Source: Pristiophorus japonicus
Lineage: Eukaryota
Direction: 5' to 3'
NCBI RefSeq assembly: GCF_044704955.1
Contig: NC_091979.1
Coordinates: 317,936,001-318,000,000, forward strand
Length of the DNA stretch: 64,000 nt
Shown: positions 12,789 to 21,918 of the stretch, in pieces
How the letters are laid out: each line of letters opens with the position of its first letter
Position numbering within the stretch: position 1 is the stretch's first letter
Made by a program: the position numbers and the translations under genes
The notes under the pieces: generated by a model
Told to the model about the DNA's origin: nothing
The model's input: the letters and a program-made list of their open reading frames with translations, nothing else
Databases searched by the model: none

Positions 12789-13037
12789 TTAGACATATCT
12801 CATTTACATTAAACACCAAAAGACCCAACTGGAGATTTCTATCCAATCACCAAAAAGAAAATATCCCCAAACCCACTCAATGATAGATACGTTACCGATT
12901 ACTATTAACACTGGCAGCAGCCAGTGACAATCAAACGAAATGAAGATGCAGAATCGTGGATTGCTTCTGAATGAACCCTCCTTGCGACACAGCAAGTCCA
13001 GATTCTAGTCCCAGTGAACTTCACTTCGGGACCAGCC

Positions 13038-14105
13038 TCAGGCTTGGGCTGGTGAGTTTGGGGATAATTCTCCTCGTTCAGCAGGGTTCGCTGGGCTGTA
13101 ACCAGATGTCTCCTCTCCTCCTCTCCTCTTCCACACAACCGCACCGATCACAATAGCAATCAGGGCGACGGCAGCAATCACAATTCCAACAATCAAACCC
13201 CTATTTGTTCCCTCTGGCGATCCTGGAGTCACTCGGAACGTCCCGTCCCAGTCTCGGGTCTTCCCTCCTGCTTGGCCGCTCTGCTCATACTGACAGGAAT
13301 AGGTGGCTCCATCCGCGGGCTCGATCTGAGCCCATGTCGTGAGCTGGTAGGTGCCATCGTGGTTGGGCAGGATGCCCGTGGATTCCGTGTCCCTGATTGG
13401 CTCGCCATTTCTCAGGAGGGTCACTTGGATTTCGCGAGGGTAAAAACCTGTGAGGAGACAGGAGAGTTGGGGGGCTTTAATATTCGACGCCTTGTCCACA
13501 GAAGGAAACACTTGAGGAGCAACAGCTCCCAGTTCTCTCTCTCCAGCCTTCAGGTATTTCTTCAGCCACTCGATGCACTCCTGCTCCAGGTAACTTTTGT
13601 CCTGCTGCATTTCGGCCCTGTCCTGGTCCCACTTGTTCTTGGTGATCTCTCCCCACGGTACCGGGGTGACCCACACCAGGCGATCCTTGTCGAAGCTGAT
13701 CAGGTCCTTCCCGTCCCAGCCGTACTGCCAGAAGCCGCTGGTGGTGCCGTCATCCCGCAGCTCACAGCCGCACAACCTCTGCAGCGTGTGGATCCCGCCG
13801 GTCTGGTTGGTGCGGGTTAAGACGGTCTGAATGTTGCCTTTCATCACCTGCTCCTTGCCCCGCAGGATCTGTGTGTAGCGCTCCCAGTACTCGGCGCCCT
13901 CGCTCTCCCTGATCCACCGCTGCCGCGGGGTGTACTGCCGGCTCACACTGTCATAGTAAATAAACTGCTGGTCATCCACATAACCCACATCGGTGAACTC
14001 AGCAATGCCCGGGAGCGGAGTGATAGCCGTGTGCATGTACCGCAGGGAGTGAGAGCCTGCACACACCTCTCCACACAGAAGGGCCAGCACGGTCAGTCCA
14101 AACAT
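13038..14105 (-). CDS. MHC class I heavy (alpha) chain, intact, single-exon, classical (UAA)-like
   Basis: 355-aa ORF: signal peptide; GSHSLRY alpha1 with NQT glycan site; alpha2 with CELRDDG...YGWDGKD...TKNKW...YLEQECIEWLKKY; alpha3 Ig-C1 with CLLTGFYP...PNHDGTYQL...YSC; TM GLIVGIVIAAVALIAIVIGAVVW; tail with GYSPA. No introns at any domain junction. Confidence 0.97.
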   Translation of the reverse strand: MFGLTVLALLCGEVCAGSHSLRYMHTAITPLPGIAEFTDVGYVDDQQFIYYDSVSRQYTPRQRWIRESEGAEYWERYTQILRGKEQVMKGNIQTVLTRTNQTGGIHTLQRLCGCELRDDGTTSGFWQYGWDGKDLISFDKDRLVWVTPVPWGEITKNKWDQDRAEMQQDKSYLEQECIEWLKKYLKAGERELGAVAPQVFPSVDKASNIKAPQLSCLLTGFYPREIQVTLLRNGEPIRDTESTGILPNHDGTYQLTTWAQIEPADGATYSCQYEQSGQAGGKTRDWDGTFRVTPGSPEGTNRGLIVGIVIAAVALIAIVIGAVVWKRRGGEETSGYSPANPAERGELSPNSPAQA

Positions 14106-14201
14106 TGTTACTTCCCTCGACAGGCTGGAATGAGCGGTTTGCAGGCAATCCTTTTCCGAGAGACCGTCCGTGAGCTGCGCCCAATTCAGACCGTGTGATT
14201 C

Positions 14202-15360
14202 CTGTGCCCTGTGCCGATACTGTGTCTCTGGGACTGTCTCTCTGTGCCCTGTGCTGATACTGTGTCTCTGGGACTGTCTCTCTGTGCCCAGTGCTGATAC
14301 TGTGTCTCTGGGACTGTCTCTCTGTGCCCAGTGCTGATACTGTGTCTCTGGGACTGTCTCTCTGTGCCCAGTGCTGATACTGTGTCTCTGGGACTGTCTC
14401 TCTGTGCCCAGTGCTGATACTGTGTCCCTGGGACTGTCTCTCTGTGCCCTGTGCTGATACTGTGTCTCTGGGACTGTCTCTCTGTGCCCTGTGCTGATAC
14501 TGTGTCCCTGGGACTGTCTCTCTGTGCCCAGTGCTGATACTGTGTCCCTGGGACTGTCTCTCTGTGCCCTGTGCTGATACTGTGTCTCTGGGACTGTCTC
14601 TCTGTGCCCTGTGCTGATACTGTGTCCCTGGGACTGTTTCTCTGTGCCCTGTGCCGATACTGTGTCTCTGGGACTGTCTCTCTGTGCCCAGTGCTGATAC
14701 TGTGTCTCTGGGACTGTCTCTGTGCCCTGTGCTGATACTGTGTCTCTGGGACTGTCTCTGTGCCCTGTGCTGATACTGTGTCTCTGAGACTGTCTCTCGG
14801 TGCCCTGTGCTGATACTGTGTCTCTGGGACTGTCTCTCTGTGCCCAGTGCTGATACTGTGTCCCTGGGACTGTCTCTCTGTGCCCTGTGCTGATACTGTG
14901 TCTCTGGGACTGTCTCTCTGTGCCCTGTGCTGATACTGTGTCTCTGGGACTGTCTCTCTGTGCCCTGTGCTGATACTGTGTCTCTGGGACTGTCTCTCTG
15001 TGCCCTGTGCTGATACTGTGTCTCTGGGACTGTCTCTCTGTGCCCTATGCTGATACTGTGTCTCCGGGACTGTCTTGGTGCCCTGTGCTGATACTGTGTC
15101 TCTGGGACTGTCTCTGTGCCCTGTGCTGATACTGTGTCTCTGGGACTGTCTCTCTGTGCCCTGTGCTGATACTGTGTCTCTGGGACTGTCTCGGTGCCCT
15201 GTGCTGATACTGTGTCTCTGGGACTGTCTCTGTGCCCTGTGCTGATACTGTGTCTCTGGGACTGTCTCTCTGTGCCCTGTGCTGATACTGTGTCTCTGGG
15301 ACTGTCTCGGTGCCCTGTGCTGATACTCTGTCTCTGGGACTGTCTCTGTGCCCTGTGCTG
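14202..15360. repeat. 40-bp (38-bp variant) VNTR between MHC-I promoter and ATG, ~29 copies
   Basis: Unit CTGTGCCCTGTGCTGATACTGTGTCTCTGGGACTGTCTCT, very homogeneous. Confidence 0.97.
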
Positions 15361-15545
15361 TCTGTTCTTGCGCTTTGCCCAGTGCAGAGTGTTTTACACT
15401 CAGACTCCTCCGGTTCGATTGGTTCGAGGGTATATTTGTCTCCAATTACAATAAAAACAGGCTGTGAGTCAATAGGCTCCGGGTAGAAAAGACACGGGGA
15501 GAGTTTGTGTTGGTGCCGAAATAAACTTTCCAAACATTGAACTAT

Positions 15546-15587
15546 CCAATCAGACAAATACTGCGAGCTGCATCATCAGTTGCCGGG
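15546..15587 (-). promoter_or_regulatory. MHC X1-X2-Y promoter module (RFX, CREB/ATF, NF-Y)
   Basis: Minus strand: X1 CCCGGCAACTGATG (15587-15574), overlapping X2-like TGATGCA, a 20-nt spacer, then Y box CTGATTGG (15553-15546). Oriented toward the MHC-I ORF. Nearby: AP-1 TGAGTCA (15465-15471), a second CCAAT (~15418-15422), TATA-like AAATATA (~15431-15437). Confidence 0.8.
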
Positions 15588-15714
15588 TAGGTTAAAGATA
15601 ATCCCCGCCTCTCCCGGTCCCGAGTTCTCCCACCACCCTCCAAACCCAACTTCCCGACTCCCAACCCCCCGAAAGCTCTGCCCACCCCCGGCAGCTCGAT
15701 CTCCTGAGGGGTTC

Positions 15715-15890
15715 AAGGGATCTGCTGCGAGGGGGCTGAAGGGATCTGCTGGGAGGGGGCTGAATGGATCTGTTCGGAGGGGGCTGAAGGGATCTGCTGG
15801 GAGGGGGCTGAAGGGATCGGCTGGGAGGGGGCTGAAGGGATCTGCAGGGAGGGGACTGAAAGAATCTGCTGGGAGGGGGCTGAAGGGAGT
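15715..15890. repeat. 24-bp minisatellite (GGGAGGGGGCTGAAGGGATCTGCT)n, ~7 copies
   Basis: Direct tandem periodicity. Confidence 0.9.
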
Positions 15891-16046
15891 TGCTGTGGTG
15901 TGTGAGAGAAGGCCAGGGCTGGAGAGGCCCAGTGACCTTGTCTGGAGCCCAGGGATCAGTCCAGCTCTTCCAGGCCCCCACAGAATAAATTACACTCAAC
16001 CTGGCCTCTTCTACCTCCCGCCTGGCCTCACCATGATCCCCCCTGA

Positions 16047-16530
16047 CCCATTCCCCAGTCTCTCTCTCCCGAGCCCCCATTCCCCCTCTCCCCGAGCCCG
16101 CATTCCCCAGTCTCCATCTCCCCGAGGCCCCATTCCCCAGTCTTCCTCTCCCCGAGCCCCCATTCCCCAATCTCTTTCTCCCTGAACCCCCATTCCCCAG
16201 TCTCCCTCTCCCCGAGCTCCCATTCCCCAGTCTCCCTCTCCCTGAGCCCCCATTCCCCAGTTTCCCTCTCCCCAAGCCTTCATTCCCCAGTCTCCCTCTC
16301 CCCGAGCCCCCATTCCCCAGTTTCCCTCTCCCCAAGCCCCCATTTCCCAGTCTCCCTCTCCCCGAGCCCCCATTCCCCAGTCTCCCTCTCCCCGAGCTCC
16401 CATTCCCCAGTCTCCCTCTCCCCAAGCCTCCATTCCCCATTCTCACTCTCCCCAAGCCCCCATTCCCCAGTCTCCCTCTCCCCGAGCCCCCATTCCCCAG
16501 TCTCCCATTCCCCGAGCCCTCTTTCCCCAG
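16047..16530. repeat. 30-bp minisatellite, second array (~16 copies)
   Basis: Same unit and orientation as 11931-12713. Confidence 0.95.
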
Positions 16531-16532
16531 TG

Positions 16533-16895
16533 TTAAGGGATGATCTAATTGAGATGTTTGATATGATTAAAGGATTTGACCGGGTCGATCGAGAGAAACG
16601 ATTTCCTCTGGTGGGGGAGGCCAGAACAAGGGGGCATGAAATAGAAATTTGAGCTCAGCCATTCAGGGGTGATGTCAGACAGCACCTCTTCACACAAAGG
16701 GTAGTGGAAATCTGGAACTCTCTCCCCCAATAAGCTGTCGAGGTTAGGCCAATTAAAAATGTCAAAACTGAGATGATAGAATTTTGTTAGACAAGGGTAT
16801 TAAGGGTTAGAGAACCAGGGTGGGTAGATGGAGTTGTGATACAGTTCAGCCATGATAAATTAAATGGTGGAACATGTTCCTATGTTCCTACCTAT
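16533..16895 (+). mobile_element. Degenerate CR1 3' fragment
   Basis: Encodes LRDDLIEMFDMIKGFDRVD and FTQRVVEIWNSLP. Confidence 0.85.
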
Positions 16896-18199
16896 GATCA
16901 TACTAATGGATGATCGTGGATTTCTGCTGGCACTCATGAGCCAATTGTTCATTTGTTGTTGCCTCCGGGACCATTACGGGATTCCAATGGGTTTCCCCCG
17001 AACTGAGGGATGCCAGGCAGTGAGGCTGCAGGGAGGTGTTCCGGGCCCATGTGCACTGACCTGCTCATCTGTTCTGCTATTCTGACTTTACCAGCATTGC
17101 TATGTTGATTATATATGAGCTAAAAATGTAAGTTAGATACACATAAGATGGGCTTTGATTATTTTGTTCTCTTACAGCAACACACTGAATGATTGCTTGA
17201 AAGCAAAACTTGGCCAGCTTCAATGTCACTTCACGTGGGGCCCACAGAGAGACAGCATTGACTTGGACGACATGAAGTATAGATTACAAGATTTAATACA
17301 GGCTCGTGTGAAATATCAGGCCAGGTCTGACAACCACCTCGCATTTGTAAACTGTCAGCAAGGCAATTCAAAGGGGCAATTCAAAACTTAAAGGAAGCTG
17401 AAAAGATTCTGAGGGAGAACCATGAACATTAATTTGAAAGAAGAAGCATCATCACCTATGGAAACTATGCCTGGGTATATTATCACATGGGCCAACTGAC
17501 AGAGGCCCAGTCCTACCTCGACAAGCTGGAGATGATCTGTAAATAATTTACTGATGGCTCTCAGTATACAGCACTGATACCTGAAGTATACGGGGAGAAG
17601 GGTTGGTCACTGTTGAATTCTCCTTGTCAATACTATGAAGAGGCAAAGGAATGTTTTGAGAAGACTCTGGAGGAAGATCCTGATGACACTGAATGGAACG
17701 TTGGCTATGCGACTGTTTTGTTCCGTCTGGAAGGGTTTTCTGGTACCCCAGAGAGTGGTGACTGCAGCCAATCAGTGAAGCAGTTGTGACGTGTGCTGGA
17801 ACTTGATCCAGATGACTCTGTAGCCATGTTGGCTCTAAAACTACAAGAGTTCAATCAAAAGGTGGAAGAACACGAATTAGTTGAACAAGCATTGCAGAAG
17901 TCCCCTGATCTTCCATATGTAACTCGTTATGCAGCAAAATTTTACAGAAGAGAAGGAGATGTGGAAAAAGCTGTGGAGCTGTTGAAGAAAGCATTAAAAA
18001 TTACTCCAAACTCTACCTTCATACACCACCAAATAGGTCAGTGTTGCAGAAAAAAAATATTTCAACTGATCAAATATCCAGGCAGCAAAGCCCCTCGCAA
18101 TCCTGCTTTTCAACAGAAAGCTGAGTTGATCAATCAATGCAAGTACTATTTTGAAAAGGCATTTGAGCAGAAGCCATCATTTATTTTTGCACAATTGCA

Positions 18200-20810
18200 A
18201 ATCTACAACGCAGAAGGAGGCCATTTCGGCCCATCGTGTCCACACCGGCCGACAAAGAAACATACGGCCCTCAGTCAGCAGCCCTGAAAGTTACATATAA
18301 ACGTATGAACAATGAACAATGGCAGAAAGGTAAAGAGCACCCAGCCCAACCAGTCTGCCCCACACAACTGCGACACCCCTTGCACCGAAACATTCTACAC
18401 TCCTCCCCAACCGGAGCCATGTGATCTCCAGGGAAAGGCAAAAAACAGATAAAAACCCAGGTCAATTGGGGAAAAAATATCTCGGAACATTCCTCTCCAA
18501 CCCATCCAGGTAATCGAAACTCGTCCAGGAGATCACCCTGGATATATTCGATTTGCTGCAGTACTTACCATCATAGCTGTGCCTGCCAACAACAGGTTAT
18601 CCAGTCTAATCCCACTTACCAGCTTTAGGTCCATGTAACCCTGCAGATTATGGCACTTCAAGTGTCCATCCAAGCACCTTTTAAATGTGTTGAGGGTTTC
18701 TACATCCACCACCCTTCCAGGCCCTAAGTTCCAGACCCCCACAACCCTCTGCTTGAAAAAGCCACCCCTCAAATCCCCTCTGAACCTTCCACCAACCACC
18801 TTAAAACTATGCCCCCTCATAATTGAACCCACCACCAAGGGAAATAGGTCCTTGCTATCCACTATATCCAGACCCCTCAAAATTTTGGACACCTCAATGA
18901 GGTCTCCTCTCAACATCCTCTGTTCCAATGAGAACAAACACAGCCTATCCAATGATGTGGTATATTTGGACTTTCAGAAGGCTTTCGACAAGGTCCCACA
19001 CAAGAGATTAATGTGCAAAGTTAAAGCACATGGGATTGGGGGTAGTGTGCTGACGTGGATTGAGAACTGGTTGTCAGACAGGAAGCAAAGAGTAGGAGTA
19101 AATGGGTACTTTTCAGAATGGCAGGCAGTGACTAGTGGGGTACCACAAGGTTCTGTGCTGGGGCCCCAGCTGTTTACATTGTACATTAATGATTTAGATG
19201 AGGGGATTAAATGTAGTATCTCCAAATTTGCGGATGACACTAAGTTGGGTGGCAGTGTGAGCTGCGAGGAGGATGCTATGAGGCTGCAGAGTGACTTGGA
19301 TAGGTTAGGTGAGTGGGCAAATGAATGGCAGATGAAGTATAATGTGGATAAATGTGAGGTTATCCACTTTGGTGGTAAAAACAGAGAGACAGACTATTAT
19401 CTGAATGGTGTCAGATTAGTAAAAGGGAAGGTGCAACGAGACCTGGGTGTCATGGTACATCAGTCATTGAAGGTTGGCATGCAGGTACAGCAGGCGGTTA
19501 AGAAAGCAAATGGCATGTTGGCCTTCATAGCGAGGGGATTTGAGTACAGGGGCTGGGAGGTGTTGCTACAGTTGTACAGGGCCTTGGTGAGGCCACACCT
19601 GGAGTATTGTGTACAGTTTTGGTCTCCTAACTTGAGGAAGGACATTCTTGCTATTGAGAGAGTGCAGCGAAGATTCACCAGACTGATTCCCGGGATGGTG
19701 GGACTGACCTATCAAGAAAGACTGGATCAACTGGGCTTGTATTCACTGGAGTTCAGAAGAATGAGAGGGGACCTCATAGAAACGTTTAAAATTCTGACGG
19801 GTTTAGACAGGTTAGATGCAGGAAGAATGTTCCCAATGTTGGGGAAGTCACAGTCTAAGGATAAGGGGTAAGCCATTTAGGACCGAGATGAGGAGAAACT
19901 TCTTCACCCAGAGAGTGGTGAACCTGTGGAATTCTCTACCACAGAAAGTAGTTGAGGCCAATTCACTAAATATATTCAAAAGGGAGTTAGATGAAGTCCT
20001 TACTACTCGGGGGATCAAGGGGTATGGCGAGAAAGCAGGAAGGGGGTACTGAAGTTTCATGTTCAGCCATGAACTGATTGAATGATGGTGCAGGCGAGAA
20101 GGGCTGAATGGCCTGATCCTGCATCTATTTTCTATGTTTCTATGTTTCTATCCTCATAGCTAAGTTTCTCCATTCCAGGCAGCATCCTAGCAAATGTCCT
20201 CTGCACCCTCTCTATTGCAATCACGTCCTTTCTATAATATGGCGACCAGAACTGCACGCAGTACTCCAGCTGTGGCCTAACCAAAGTATTATACATTTTA
20301 AGCATAACCTCCCTGCTCTTGTATTATGTGCCTCAGCCAAGAAAGGCAACCATTCCGTATGCCTTCTTCACCACCTTATCCACCTGGCCTGCTACTTTCA
20401 GGGATCTGTGGACAAGCACTCCAAGATCCCTTTATTCATCTACACTTTTACCGGTTAATGTGTATACCCTTTCCTTATTAGCCCTCTCAAAGTGCATTAC
20501 CTCATACTTATCCAAATTAAATTCCATTTGCCACTGCTCTGCCCACCTGACCATTAGATTGATATCCTCCTGCAGTCCATGACTTTCTGCTTCATTAACG
20601 ACCACACAGCCAATTTTGGTGTCACCTGCAAACTTCTTAATCATACTCCCGATAATCAAATCTAGATCATTGATGTATACCACAAAAAGCAAGGAACCCA
20701 GTACTGAGCCCTGCGGACCCCACTGGAAACATCCTTCCAGTCACAAAAACATCCATTTACCATTACCCTTTGCTTCTTACCGCTGAACCAATTTTGGATC
20801 CAACTAGCAT
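18200..20810 (-). mobile_element. Older CR1 with long 3' UTR, interrupted by a younger CR1
   Basis: RT C-terminus in ORF 18533-18952, continuing at 20151-20810 (YINDLD...KFAGDTK). Confidence 0.9.
18952..20150 (+). mobile_element. Young 5'-truncated CR1
   Basis: DVVYLDFQKAFDKVPH, GVPQGSVLGP and FADDTK motifs, plus a TTTCTATG tail. Confidence 0.95.
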
Positions 20811-21918
20811 GTTGGCATGGATAGAGGATTGGCTGACGAACAAAAACAGAGAGTCGGGATAAATGGGTCATTTTCTGGTTGGCAAACAGTGACGAGTGGG
20901 GTGCCGCAGGGATCGTTGCTGCGGCCTCAAGTATTTACAATCTATATTAATGACTTGGATGAAGGGACCGAGTGTAATGTAGCCAAGTTTGCTGATGATA
21001 CAAAGATGGGTGGGAAAGCAAATAGTGAGGAGGACACAAAAAATCTGCAAAGGGATATAGACAGGCTAAGTGAGTGGGCAAACATTTGGCAGATATAGTA
21101 TAATGTGGGAAAATGTGAGGTTATCCACTTTGGCAGAAAAAATAGAAAAGCAAATTATAATTTAAATGAAAAAAAATTGCAAAGTGCTGCTGTACAGAGG
21201 GAACTGGGGGTCCTTGTGCATGAAACACACAAAGTTAGTATGCAAGTAATCAGGAAGGCAAATGGAATGTTGGCCTTTATTGCAAGGGGGATAGAGTATA
21301 AAAGCAGCAAAGTCCTGCTACAACTGTACAGGATATTGGTGAGGCCAACCTATCGAGTACTGCGTACAATTTTGGCTTCCATATTTAAGAAAGGATATAC
21401 TTGCATTGGAGGCTGTTCAGAGAAGGTTCACTTGGTTGATTCCGCAGTTGAGGGGGTTGACTTATGGAGGTAGGTTGAGTAAGTTGGGCCAATACTCATT
21501 GGAGTTCAGAAGAATGAGAGGTATCTTATCGAAAAATAAGATAATGAGGGGGCTTGACAAGGTGGATGCAGAAAGGATATTTCCACTCATCGGGGAAACT
21601 AAAACTAGGGCACATAGTCTCAGAATAAGGGGCCACCCATTTAAAACTGAGTTGAGGAGGAATTTCTTCTCTCAGAGGGTTGTAAATCTATGGAATTCTC
21701 TGCCCCAGAGCACTGTGGAGGCTGGGTCATTGAATATATTTAAGGAGGAGATATACAGATTTTTGAGCGATAAGGGAACAAGGAGTTATGGGGAGCGGTC
21801 AGGGATGTGGAGCTGAGTCCATTATCAGATCAGCCTTAATATTAAATGGCGGAGCAGGTTCATAGGGCCAGGTGGCCTACTCCTGCTCCTATTTCTTATG
21901 TTCTTATGTTATTATGTC
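20811..21918 (+). mobile_element. 5'-truncated CR1 (different subfamily)
   Basis: GVPQGS and FADDTK motifs, plus a TTCTTATG-type tail. Confidence 0.92.

Noticed and set aside
11865-12796. Pro/Ser-rich and Gly/Trp-rich ORFs
   Set aside because: Translations of the 30-bp minisatellite.
14186-15445. 419-aa ORF upstream of MHC-I
   Set aside because: VNTR translation with a non-ATG start; it stops before the MHC frame.
12711-16034. TSD around the MHC cassette (CACCAT at both ends)
   Set aside because: Only 6 nt, partly overlapping the CR1 tail, and the 5' boundary is undefined.
16638-16647. ISRE core GAAATAGAAA upstream of the IFIT exon
   Set aside because: A single short motif inside a decayed CR1, with no exon 1 found nearby; could be chance.
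18687-19871. 394-aa ORF (and similarly 57535-58659) as host genes
   Set aside because: CR1 RT fragments read through from flanking or antisense sequence.
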